Below, one piece after another: positions 47,416-60,900 of a stretch of DNA of 64,000 nucleotides (position 1 is the first letter of the stretch; each line of letters begins with the position of its first letter). The translations under genes and the position numbers were made by a program. This DNA comes from Tubulanus polymorphus (Eukaryota > Animalia > Nemertea): assembly GCF_964204645.1 (NCBI RefSeq), contig NC_134029.1, positions 9,264,850 to 9,328,849 of the forward strand, in the 5' to 3' direction. The notes beneath the pieces are model-generated. The model was not told the origin of the DNA, searched no databases, and worked only from the letters and a program-made list of their open reading frames with translations.

Positions 47416-49239
47416 GGCTACTTTTACGGCGTCGTAGATTCTATTCTTACAACGGTTTAATGAGGATTATGGTCTAGCAGGGAGAGGATTAGTGTCTAGA
47501 GGGTGAGAAGGCAAGAGGGTCCAGAGGGTTAGGATTAGGGTTAGGGTTCTGTGTAGTTAAAACATTCAGTTGGTTTTCAGTGAGCTCGGTGGTCTAGCTA
47601 GTGGGAAGACGCTGCGCTAGTAATTTATACTTAGTCGCAACTGGTACGGACCCGTATACGCTAACCTCCGCAAATTATTCATACGTACACCGTACCACAG
47701 CGCCACCTAGACTATACACAGTACCACCTACACAGGAAGTTGTTTGACACCAGACTGCAGAAGAATGGCGGCGGTTTTGGAAGTGCCGTCTGTTTATATT
47801 AAAAAAAATGCAACTTTTGGATGTTACGAGGATCTCGAAAAAAATATGGTTTTGTCGAACTTGTTCTTTTATGCAGTGATGCAAGATATTCACATGTGTA
47901 TATAATATTTCTTAAATGATGTTAGATGTGAAATTCAATTTTTATTTGTAATAATACTTCTCATGATGATTTTCTTATAATAGTTTATGACTAGTTCTTA
48001 TGACTAGATAATATATTTCATTCCCTTCATTTGTGATAAAATGTTAAAACGATGCGACTGTGCTTTTTTAACCTTCTTATTTTATTCAAATGCAATAATC
48101 CAGTATTAATTATTATTTGCTGTATATAGTATATTTCGTTCCCTTCATTTGTGATGTTAAAACAATGTGATTGTGCTTTTTTAACCTTCTTATTTTATTT
48201 AAATGCAATAATCCAGTATTAATTTTTGTCTGCTCTATATAGTATATTTCATTTGTAATAATACTTCCCATGATGATTTTCTTATGAAGATATTCCAGTA
48301 TTGTCCCTATTTACCAGGAATTTTAGGAATTTTAGGGGCTGTAGGAACCATTGATTTTTATTTGTTGTATATAGTATATTTCATTGATTGTGCTTTTTTA
48401 TTAATTTTTGTTTGCTCTATATAGTATATTTCATTTGTGATAAATTGTTAAAACGATGTGATTGTGCTTTTGTAACCTTCTTATTTAAATCCAGTATTAA
48501 TTTTTATTCACTGCATACATCAATTGATAATACTTCTTACGATATTCCAGTATTAATTTGTATTTGCTTTATTTAGTGTATATAGAATTTGTGATACTTC
48601 ATATGATGATTTCTTCAGTTTATTTTTTCTTAATGATAAATTTTGTAACTTAAAAGTTTATTTGAAGTTAGTTGCATTTTAAAAATATGGCAATCGGTTT
48701 TATGATCAGTTTTACCCATTCCCCATCAAATACTGTTGCCTAAATCTGATTAAAAAAGAGTGGCATAGATTTTCTACACAACATCGTATGAATAAAGATC
48801 GTATGCACCATATTCGTATTAATATAGTTTTTGCATATTAATAAGACTGTGCGTATGGATAAACACCGTTTGTGTGCGACGTGTGTATGGATAAACGCGT
48901 ATATACCACGTGTACGAATAATTGCCGTACGTAATTCATGTAGGTGGCGCTGTGGTACAGTGTACGTACGAATAATTTGCGGAAGTAAGCGTACGGGTCC
49001 GTACAAGTAGCCACTTCTTCGTAATTTATTAATTACTGGCCCGGGTTCGAGTCTCGCTCTATCCGCTATGTTCTCTACCTCTGCTCTACACACTCTCCTT
49101 GAATTTCTAAGTCGCGCACTACAGTGCGCATGTGCAACTTAAATCAGCCAATCAGAATGATATGTCGTAAATAGCTAGCTAGCTGGTGTGGTATCGTCCG
49201 TCTCTACTACTACTAGTCTACGAAGTCGTAAAAATTGCC
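47416..49239. mobile_element. Non-autonomous TIR element carrying TTAGGG repeats and a tRNA-like segment, with a nested element
   Basis: Imperfect TIR GGCTACTTTTACGGCGTCGTAGA / TCTACGAAGTCGTAAAAATTGCC; AGGGTTAGGATTAGGGTTAGGGTT at 47525-47548. Confidence 0.5.
47629..49020. mobile_element. Nested non-autonomous element with about 80 bp TIRs, 9-bp target duplication and an internal AT-rich tandem array
   Basis: GTACGGACCCGTA..CCGCAAATTATT..CGTACAC.GTACCACAGCGCCACCTA versus its reverse complement at 48941-49005; direct repeat GTAATTTAT at 47620-47628 and 49021-49029; units of about 115-120 bp repeated across 48005-48560. Confidence 0.7.
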
Positions 49240-49248
49240 TGAGCATAG

Positions 49249-50403
49249 GGGCTCGTATCAGAGTTGTAGGTAATGTAAAAACGATAATCTGTTAATCCAA
49301 CGTATATAGTATATATAAAATATTGATAATCCAGGCATGATATGAAAGCTAATAGCTTCCTGCTTCTAACGAAACCAATCCCGTTAACTTCCGATGAATA
49401 GTTCGTGAATAATATGTCTTTGAACGTGAAATTACGGCCGAAATCGCCTTGACCGAAAATGCTATGACGCCGGTTTTTGCCGATTTCGAAATTTCAAACG
49501 TTGAGTTCGACGCGAAATCCTTCACCGATTTTGATGATCGAGGGCTTCAAATGCGCACAACATTCTATATTTTCTGAATATCGGGGTTGTTTCGTTAATC
49601 CATACGATCTTATAACTATGCATACGCGAATTTTCCGATTTTACGTCAATTCACGAATCCACGCGCGAGCTCAATGATAGCGACTGTCATCTCCCACAAT
49701 GCTTAGCGCAATACCGAACCGAAATGAATTTTATTTCCAATTTATTTTCTGTGTATATTTACGTGAAATTCAGAATCTATTATAACCGGATCATGTTTAT
49801 TCTAGCTTAAATAAGATAAAACATTATTTGATTGAATTGTTACGAAATAAAATTCACTGCGGACCTGTTGCTAGTTCAAGTTCAAGGTCGCCATTTTGAG
49901 ATCGCGTGTCGAGTACGTGAATTGACGAAAATCGGAAAATTCGCATTTGCAAAGCTGGAATATCGTATGGATTAACGAAACAACCGCAATATTTAGAAAA
50001 TATAGAATGTTTTGCGCATTTGAAGCCCTCGATCATCAAAATCGGTGAAGGATTTCGCGTCGAACTCAACGTTTGAAATTTCGAAATCGACGAAAACCGG
50101 CGTCATAGCATTTTCGGTCCAGGCGATTTCGGTCCGAATTTCGCGTTCAAAGGCATATTTTTCACGAACTATTCATTGAAAGTTAACGGGACTTGTTTCG
50201 TTAGAAGCAGGAAGCTATTAGCTTTCATTATCATGCCTGGATTATCAAAATCAGATGAGAAATAACGAAATAGTAAGCGGCCAAAGTTGAGTTGTTTGTG
50301 AGCGTCGTTAGCCCCCTTGTTATTTTACATATACTATAGGCTATACGTTGGATTAACAGATTATCGTTTTTACATTACCTACCTACAACTCTGATACGAG
50401 CCC
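49249..50403. mobile_element. Fold-back element with about 420-500 bp inverted arms
   Basis: GGGCTCGTATCAGAGTTGTAGGTA.. / ..TACCTACAACTCTGATACGAGCCC; the arms give mirror ORFs (SSTRNPSPILMIEGFKCA on both strands). Confidence 0.85.
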
Positions 50404-53400
50404 ATGTGCCTGTAGTCAGTAACCTCTCTGTGGTTTAGTTTCACGATCGGATATTTTCAAAAACCACAGTCAGGAATGGGAAGGTCATTTTTGTATGAAA
50501 TCTTCGTCAGCCAATTTGACTGACGAGTAATTTGCCTGGCATTTCATTGTCTCTTAAGATATCTGTCTAATTTTTGTTGTAATCGACGCACAACAGATTC
50601 GTAGTTTGTCTGATACCTATAACACCTCACCTGACGATCTTAATCCATGTGCAAATCGGCCGTAAAGTGAGAGTAAATTTCCGTCCAGTCAACAGCTGCC
50701 ATTTTGAAAATTACTGGAGGTGCTGGCACCTGTGGACTGAGGCCAGGACAACAGCACAAACTAACAAAGCGAAACGACGAAATTAAAAAAAAATAAAGAA
50801 ATCAACACTTATTCATATTTTTCTTTTACCAGAAATTTATTATCTCATTATTTGTTATGGAAAACACGAAGATTTGAAATAAAAGTTGGAAAACCATCAA
50901 AAATAAAAATTGTCGTTTCGTCTTGGAAGTTTTATATAAATCCTTGTAGGTCCCCTTGACTTATCATGCCACATGTGCAATACAGAGAAATGGCGGCCAA
51001 TGGCGAAATTTGTGGAGAAATTAATTAATTTCTCCAAATAATGTTGATTAATGACTCGAAACATACATAAAATTGGATTATTTCGAAAGTTACCTGTGTT
51101 AGTTTGTGAATAAAGCCATTAATTGTGGACTGAAGTGAATAGAAAGTATATTTTTGAAGTGTTACTTTTTTCAACCGTGTTTTGGTCCTTGTCATCCCTA
51201 ACGTTGGTATAAGCCCATCCGATTATAAAAAGCTTACCACCAACGATCAGGTAACTAACTAATGTGCCTGACGAGCGGTCGAGCGAATCTAAAAGTAAAA
51301 GCCTACTTACGATGTTCATTTCCAATGACAGTCATCGACATACTTTGCTGCAGCTGTGCTTCATCAAATCAGACACGAAAATCGTTCTAATGTGAAAAAA
51401 ACCCTCACACAAAACATTCGATTCGACGCAATTATTTACCAACCAGGTACTAAAATTCAACTCTTCCGCGACATCTCTTCCCAACACGCGCGCCACCATG
51501 GGAGGTTATTACTGAATCTCATGCGGCAAAGGGAGGCCGGACGGCACATGAGTGAATCGAATCCCAAATCTTGATAATAGAAATTCGAAAATATTTGATA
51601 TACCGGAATATCAAATAGCTACTCATACTGTTCTCCCATACAACACACAATATTTTCATTCACGATAAACTCAACGCACATGTCGAAAATAAAGGGGTTC
51701 GAACCCCACATTATGAGCGTATTCAATAGAGCAACTTTCAGAATTCTGATTACTAATATATCCATTATATGATCGATTCGTCGATGTGGTAGATATACAT
51801 TTTATAGGGTCTTTTTAGAATTTCTTTAATGTACAAATAGTAGGCTATTATCCATATATCGAGGATAAATATTCAAAAGCCAACTACTTCTCGGGGGTGG
51901 GCTGTCGTAGAACCTCAACCGAATACACCATTTGCGTTGCTATAAACGCCAAGAAAGAAGTCAAGACTACACACAGCCAAAAAGTTAATATTTTGGCTGA
52001 AAAACTTCATATATCGCAAAAAATAAGAACCACGCGTATATTTTCAGATATTGAAGGCTGAACTCTTTTTAGATACGCTCTTGTTTTGTGTAGGTTTGAT
52101 AGTCTTCTGCCAGATCCAGATTTTACGAAAAAGTTTAACTCTTCAACATTTAACAAATCAAAATGATTTCATCAATCCGAATCGACTACTAGTAGATACT
52201 GTATATGAATATATATTTAATCATTATTTTAGGCCTAAACAAGGCCTCCATGCTAGAAAGCCTACTTTTACCTGACCAATTGCCTTTTGTTTGGTAACCT
52301 TGTGGAGTACAGTAGGCCTAATTCAGACTTACCCATTTTTAGATTAAACTTTTTCATGAAACTGGACCTTAATTTTAATTTTTCATACACTTTTCGGGCC
52401 TAGTAAGAACAAAATGGCGATAAATTTGCCTTATACTAGGCCTTTAATTGGTTTATACATGTCTCTACCCTAGACACATGAAAATTGACTACCATAGATC
52501 AAATCTATACATGGCTGACTGGCAGCCCTTTTGCTTGCAGTTGTTTTCCTATACATTGTTTAGATTTTTCGAGTGGAGATCCTTTTTAATCAATTTTATC
52601 TCATATGACCCCGTATATGGGTCTCTATCATCATGAGAAAATTGGTCAGTCGAATGTAAGATAACCATCCTGTGACCTTTTTTGCTAATTCCAAGGGTGA
52701 AGCTTATTAATGGATTGCCATTTTTCATTGAAATATATGATTGGTACACTTTTGGGATTTTTAATCAGCCAATTTTCACTCAATCTTACTCTTTTCAGTC
52801 CCCATTATTGTGAAAAAGATTTCTTAACAGGTTTCGATTCATAATCTTGATATTTGATAATTGTTAGCAATTGTCATTGGACACATTTCCTTACATGGAA
52901 TTGGTGTAACCCAGTTTTTTTTTTCTCAGCTGGCTATTATAGCATTCACTTAACCTTCATTGTCCGTCCATTCCATTTGTAGACTGATTCTAGTTTTAGG
53001 AGGTTTTTGATACCGTTCAATTTTATGATGTGGATGATTATGTATCTACTCCAGCCGCAACTGCAGCCCCAAAATTTGGCCGGATTGGAATCAAGATGAT
53101 CGGTCCTAGGGTGTTGAGTTCCTGGACCCCTAGTTGTATCAGTGGGTAGTGGTTTAATGCCTACAGTACAACTTAGTTTGTCACATTATCATTACTGAAG
53201 TTATCTATTCTTTTGAGCCCCGAATTATTTCTACAATTAAGGCCGACTAAGTATAATTCATCATTTGGATAAGTTGTCAACACAGTGATCAACACAACTA
53301 CGATAACTTGAGCAATTGAGACTGCATTATTAGATTTGAAGAAATTGAATAATGTTCAATTTCCTCATCAATTCAGCTTAAATCTTAAATCGCTTAAGGA

Positions 53401-54870
53401 GTTAATTTTTTTTCTGAACTTGCCCTGGGTTTCATGAAAAGTTAAACTAAGATTTTTGTTATTTCTCGTCGACTGACTCGTATATCATCCTTGGCATATC
53501 ACTAGTATATTAGTTCCTTGGTATAGGCCTATACCAGTAGTAGTTTAACCGTGTGTGTATCTAGTGGAATTTAAGACATTTCTGGCTTCTGATAGTGATA
53601 GACCCTTGCGACCAATATTTTTTATGCTCAGGCAGGTTTCAATTGAACGTATTCCAGTTTAGGAATAACAATTCTGGACTCGAAACCCTATCAGCCTTCT
53701 TTCAGGTTTACAGATTATGCTATTCCGAAAGTAGTTAGAGCGTATATTCTGGTCGAATCTGTAGAGACCAATTGACACCTGCCTTAGTAGAGAAAATTAT
53801 ATTCATCTTTATATAATGCTTCTTCCACAGCTGTTCCCTAGTTGCATACGTACATATATCTATAGATCATGAATTCAACTTCTGCGATCAACATGGTAAG
53901 AACGTACCCAAAGTTCTTGTTCATTCAGTTATCGGTGTTGGTTATTGCATGTTTTTTCGGCAGTTTGGTGTTGGAATTTCCTCATTGAATGAACTGCTTT
54001 TTCAACAGTTAGCTTTGTTCACCTTGCAGTGCCTTAATTCTCACTTCACTGAGGTATTGTGGCACAGCAAAATATAATTCTTCTCAATTGGAGTAGAAAA
54101 TATATTTTGCACTAGCACTTTCACTGGCGGATGAGTCGAGCTAGTCAGTGTATTAGATTTGACCTGGTAAAGTGATTTTGTAGTAAGATTTCACTACCAG
54201 GTAAAATGCTATCTCTTTATTCTAATAGCTTGAGATAGACTCATTTATTGTCATACCTAGCTAGTTATACCTAAGCTGCTCGCTATTAACTAGTGGTTTT
54301 GAAGTTAGCTTCACTACGGCTTTCTTTTCACTCTAACTGCTTGTTTGTACAAAGCGCACTTGCATATTGAATGCGTCTCTCTGCTTTGCCAGTTGCTTAA
54401 TTGATAATCAATAGATGTTTGTTTGATTTGATTTTACTTCTCAAACTGCTTAAATCAATAAACTATGACGCTGGTTCACTACATTGGGAATTTTGACTTC
54501 CTCTTTTAGGCTCTAATTCTACACACGTTCAAACTCGAAATTATATTTGCATGAATTTATAAATTGAGAATTAACCTTTAACTTGATTACTGCTATTGAT
54601 TTTACTCGTCAACAACTTGGAGAATCAACAACGATATTTGATATCCTCCAAATCCTTCTCACCGCTAATTTTTCAATGAATGTACGTGTATACACGAACA
54701 CATTATCACCAAAATAAAGGATTCACAACTGATGAAACTTACACTGTTAATGCTATTAATGCTACGAAATTGTCACGCGTACATTTTTGAGATTTGAAAT
54801 GACACTAAAACCATCCGATTTTGCTGGTACTTTCAGGGGAATTTTGCTTCCTCCTCTGCCAGTGGTGAAA

Positions 54871-57800
54871 ATGACAACGGTCAGAACGCCGCCTTTGTCT
54901 GCGCGGACAACTTACGGTGATGCGTACGGACGGTTAGAGACACCGAGATTGCGTTCTTCGAATCAACCGCAATATCAAGTAATCGACGTAACGAATAGTC
55001 CGGTTACCGGCAACGCCATCACCAGTATGCCCTTAGTTCCGTATCGTGGCGCCAATCGGCTTGACAATCTTGAGGGTCGGTTGGAGCAGCAAGAAAAAAC
55101 GGCGCGTGCGCTAATGGACAGAGCGATGAAAACGAAAGAGGATATCATCGAAAGTTTGAACTATACACACGGCTCGTGGCAAGAAGAGAAATACTCGAGA
55201 GAAATGCTACAGGAGCATATACGCAGTATAACGGCTGTAGTAAAACGACTCAGTCGTGATATAGAGGTATGTACGTATCAAAGGGCAACTATATGATTTG
55301 TGACATCATTTTGCATGGAAATTGGATATAGCATAGCATTTATTGATCTTTCCCACATAATTAAACATGTATAAGCCTAGTCAAACCTGCTCGATACCCG
55401 CACCATTTAGACCTTGATCTTATTAATTACGCTTGACTTGCTATATAGCTGGAGAATCTAAATTGGCAGTTAAACACTGATGATGATGAAATACAAAGGA
55501 AAACTGTGGTCTTGTCATTCGAAATCATAATTGTCGGGTTTAATTGTCGGGTTCTATTTCTAGAATATAGAGGACCAACTGAAGAACAAGGACAGCGCAG
55601 CAACTGGTACAAGTTCAGCTGTGAAAAATCTTGAAGTGCATCACATTGCTGGCATAACTGATTTGCGAGGAAGGGTGGCGCGATGTGATACTTCAATCAC
55701 GCGTTTAACGGCCGATATTAAAAACTGTTACGACACGGTGAAATTATTCAACGCACAGACGAATGATTCGGCCGGTAAAGTGTACGATCGATTTCAACGC
55801 CTAGAACAAAATGTGAGTACATATTTGCCACGATTGTTATACATGTATCAAATTTCCCCAAATTCATGTACAGTAACTTTACAGTACAGTAACAGTACAG
55901 GGTCTGAATTGGAAAAATTGGCAAAATCGGTCAAAATAATGAGGTCCAGAATTTTCCCATTCATTTTCCCAATAAATTTTGTCTCTAAATCGGAATTGAT
56001 TTTGAAATTTTTTGCATGCAGTGTTTGAACTGCTTATCCTTAAACTGATTCATCATCAGGCTTCAAACAATCAGGCTCATCGGGTTTCTTTCTGTTTCTC
56101 ATTTGCCGAGGGAAAGGCCAGAAAAGAGCCACTCTTCAAAAATGTCTGCTCTCCTGTTGGACCATGTACGAACCTCCATTCTCTGCTTAACATTTTAGAT
56201 AGCTGATTTGAATAACAAACTCGAACGGTCGTCAATGGAGCATGTGATGAAAATCAAAAACGTCGAAGGCGACTCGACGTCACAGTTGTCCATGTTAGAT
56301 ACGAAAACCCGCGCGATTATCGAAGATATACGCAACAGTATTCGTGCCAACTCGGAACACATGGCCAATGAGTTCGAACGACTTGAATCTAAACTAATGA
56401 ACTACATCGATAAAACAATGGCTGTTAGAGATAACCGTCTCGTAAGTTAGATTTCTACAGTAGACTATGCCCAATACAGTATTGACCGGTCTATTTGGTA
56501 ATCCATTCAATAAAAATACATTCTGGTCCTACTATCTGTCAATGTGAAAAATTCTGAAATTCTATACCGGTATTTGTCCATACTGCGTAATCAGTTTGCT
56601 GTTCCCGGTGCTACCACTATAGGCAGAGTACTTTTACCCATATTTTGCAGTCTTGTTATATTGATAATGATTATCATTATATATCATTGATATAACATGG
56701 TCATTGCCTTTATTGAAACTAAGCATAATCGATAGCAATGTTGTAGCTCATGACGTATGTATTCCATGATTTGAAACTAATGATGATTATTATTTGCTTA
56801 TTTGCCAGTGAAGATTGCATGAGAGGAGGTGAACGTATGTCACCCAGTATTACAATGTACAAGAAATGTATGTTCTTGATCGGGCTCCTTCAATTGATAT
56901 TTTCCACGATACATCGCTATGAACCGTGCAGAACTTTTAAACCTTTTGATAAATTCATTCTTCAATACTACACTTGAGCCTAGATGAAAGCAAATTCATG
57001 TATAATTTGTATTTCAAATGAAATTATTGTTGCGAGGTTGTACATGATAATAATGTAGCAACTGTTTCTGAAAACAAAACCTGAAAATGTGTGTCGCGGG
57101 CTTATACCTGCTTGTGAATAATGGATGTGCCTAAATCAAATATTGTTTTCTACCGTAGATAAAATTAGAGGCTGCTGTTGACGAATGGATCAAAAATCTC
57201 AACTCAAGGATTGCTCTATCCGAGGAAGATATCAATCGTGAGAAAGATCGCATGTCTATAATACACAAGGTATGTAATGAGGTAAAATAGTGAAAAGTGC
57301 TTATTTTGGATGGATGGTTCATTCTAAATCTGAATCATTTTCATGCTTTCTCTTCTTATCTATAAATCAGTGGAATTTCGTTATAACATATTTGCTAGTT
57401 ATAATGCAATATTTCATTGTATCCTGTGTACATTTCTTCCTCATTTTGGACGACATCCTCGGGTTGTTAAATGTATCAGAGTTCATTATCATGAGGTTCC
57501 ACTGTAGTTAGATTAAATCCTAGGGGTAACTTAGGTGAAGTCTAAAAAATTTGCCACAGTCTAATAAAAGAATGCATTGTTTAGTTCAATGGACCAGTTC
57601 TAATTTCAACAATTGACTAGTTGAATGGGTATAGATAAAACTAATGTTGTCCAAGGCATTAATTAGACCCACACTACAAAATGATGTTAGTGTATACTTA
57701 ACATGATTCTCATACCAGTATTCCAAAGAAGGTTTTCATTTGGTTTCTTAGGAATTGGATAAGAAAATCGAAAACACAATCAGTGATGGAATAGGACGCC

Positions 57801-57967
57801 AGTCAGCAAATTTGTTGAAATTGAAATCGGAATGTCGGGAGGGTTTCGGTACGGTTCACGAGAGCATCACGAACATGAAAACCGTGATGGACGGAAAACG
57901 ACGTCTGCTTGAAGAACAGCTCAAACGAGAAATCGCTAATATTCGTAAAATGGTAGTTCTCGTGTAA
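54871..57967 (+). CDS. FAM81A: FAM81-family coiled-coil protein (FAM81A/B-like)
   Basis: Exons 54871-55266 (acceptor at 54836), 55564-55812, 56199-56441, 57159-57269 and 57752-57967; all introns GT-AG, phase 0. Peptides RLEQQEKTARALMDRAMKTKEDIIESL, LQEHIRSITAVVKRLSRDIE, VKNLEVHHIAGITDLRGRVARCD and KRRLLEEQL resemble FAM81. The A/B assignment is nominal. Confidence 0.85.
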
Positions 57968-60900
57968 AAATTGACCCCATTGTCGACAAATAATTTTCAT
58001 TTGAGATGAAACTGAACTCATTATTACAGATTCAATCATAAAAAAGCTTCACGAATTTGAGGTCCGTTTTAAAATGGATTCTTCTACCTATGTAAAACCA
58101 GCGAGGATAACTCATTCTCATATTATTTTAATCAATTGTGGAAATCTGATTGCTTATACCAAATTTATAAGAATTTACCTATGAGCCGAGTCCATTAATG
58201 AATCAAATAAACTAAAAGCAATTTGATTGTATGATATCTTTGGGAGATTTATTGGGGGCAGCCAACTTACGTTGGGGTCTAGAATAGTGTTGAAGATAGA
58301 GTTAATCTGGATTTATTTCAGTTATCCCAGATAAAATAATCTGTATTTTCTCGTAGACTGACACTTTAGTAAGCTTTGGCCTAATCAGGCAAAACCAATG
58401 ATGATTATTTTTCAGCCAACAACAGATAAAACTAGTAAGGCTGCCAACTATCCACCCTATAAACAAAATGATAAAAGCTATTGAGCTACTATTTCAGCCA
58501 TAGTGGGAGATTTCCAGCTCATATACTACGGTGGTTAATCATATCGGGGGGCCTTTCCATTAATCTGTATTCTCATTTATTCCATAGAATATTTGCTAGC
58601 CCAACTTGATACGGGTCAACCAGAGTAGACTAGATATGAGTGTAGATTTACCAGTATATGAATAAGATAATGGGCTCAGTGTATTTCTTGATGTTATGAT
58701 TTGTATTTTGCTGTCTCGCACTCTGTCACACTCATGCATTGAACTTAAACAACCAGCAATGTATGTTTGGTTTCCAAATGTTCACATTGTCAGTTTGCTG
58801 ATCTGATGATGTTCATGGGATAATCTACCTCTTGCCATGTGGCCGATCTTCGTGAAGCAGATCTTCATGGCAAGACAGTGGCGTCTACTGTATTGTATTC
58901 AATGAATGTATGTTACTTTTAATGTATTTTTTATTTTGTAAAGAATATTTTATCAAAGAACAAGGAAATGCCATTTGTATTTTGGACCTGCCAATCATAA
59001 TGTAAATATTGTTGGATGATATATGGTATGAGGTATTGTAGAAGTCTGACCAATGAGCAATGAGATCCGTCCAATGAGAACTAAGATAACCTCACTTGAT
59101 TTAACCTTGCATTGAAAAAGTATATGAGATTAAAAATGTATGAGTAGTTAGTTACTTAATTGTTGGTGGTCAGCTTTTATGATCAGATACTTCTAAATGG
59201 TCTGTAATAATAGCCAATCCTGATATTAAACCAAAGATAGGTTATTAAGATGGATGGTGGTGTCATAACTTTCTACTTTATGTACCCTGTACTAGTGAAT
59301 GGGGTGGAATGGTTTTTCACATAACTCTTAACCTCAGAAATTGTTGTGAGGAAAACTGAAATAACCAGATGGTACTCGGACGATAAAGTTTGACTTTTGT
59401 ACCAAGACAGATTTGTCATTATACTTTATAATCAAACTCACTCCTAACATTTTAAGCCAAGTGAAAAACTAACTGTGATATTATATTGGGTATAGGTTTA
59501 CTAAGAACTTTCTTGTTTAAATTATCTAATCAATTTTGGGCCATCAGCCAAAAGTTTTGTTTAATATCGACCGATTCTAATTCTATGGCAACGATATTGA
59601 TTTTACTTGTTATTAACATGGCGTAACCAGAACCCGGATAATTTGTATCATACAATCAAATGATACAATTGTATTTTTAAATGATTATACTTATATCAGA
59701 TTAAACCATCAATTCTATTTATGAAAATGTATGTACCGATATACATGGATATAATTTTGTCGAATATATTGTTTCTATAAATAAATTTACCAGTATTTTA
59801 CATAAGAGTTTCCTAATTTTTATCGAAGAACATCACAATGAGGTCACAATCGTCAACATGAACGTGCGTTACATGTTATCTCTCAGTAGTCACTAATTGA
59901 CGTCATTATCATATTTGTCTTCTACAGTAGGCTCTGTTCACCCAGAAGTCATTGCCACGGATAATCGTGTACCTCGGACTAAATAAATCGATTCATCTTG
60001 ACTAAGTCAACGACCAATCTCTACTCTGACTGCCTCAGAATTTCTGTACCTAGGAGAGATTTTCCACAGGCCCTGTCCTAAAATAAAATTGGATTAACAC
60101 TAAATTTGAAAAGGAAACATTTTTATTGATATTCACTTACAAAGAAAAAGTATTCTTAACATTATTTGGTGTGTGCATGATAAAATTTTAATTGTTCAGA
60201 AAATTTGTGCCGCAAACCATGCAAAAATGTCCTTTATTGATATTTCAATATATATTTTCTAAAGTTGAAAGGATACATCCATATACGTAGCACATAAACC
60301 CAGAATTCCAGCTTCCGTGAGGCCATACTGCCATCAAACATACCATGAATGAATTAAGATTGACTATGTGTAAAATACAATTCTATATACTGGTACCTAC
60401 ACATATTCACTTACATGTGTACTGTAATAGAGGCCAACTTTCTTATCGTCTCTTAATAGCATAAAATAAGTCATCCATTCAAATCGAGATTGCAGAACAC
60501 ATCAGGGGCATCGCAATTACAGACCATAGCACAAGATGATTAAATCTAATATCAATGAAATAGAGAACTCCTGTTCCTAAGCACTCCAGTATCAGAATTA
60601 CCAAGATGATCTCACACGGACACCCTTAGTTGTTTGACATGCTTGAACTTAAATACTACAGGTAAACCGGTATCTCTACATCATTAATGTGCAAGTAAGT
60701 GCAAAAGGTCGGGTCATTCCCTATATAATTCGATAGGATATATAAGCTCAATATCTAGTCTGAAGCGTACATATTTTTTAGCGAAGAGAATTCGAACGAA
60801 TGAATTTGCAATATGATTGATAAATGGAAATATGCCAATATTGAACCTAGCTATACAGCACAAAGAAACACGTCAAATATATGATTTTTTCGATTCGAAA

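Noticed and set aside
47525-47548. TTAGGG repeats as a relic of a chromosome end or fusion
   Set aside because: Only about 4 imperfect units, embedded in a TIR element; too short to support a telomere fusion.
49477-50069. Two similar ORFs on opposite strands (SSTRNPSPILMIEGFKCA)
   Set aside because: Mirror images produced by the fold-back arms; no recognisable protein motifs.
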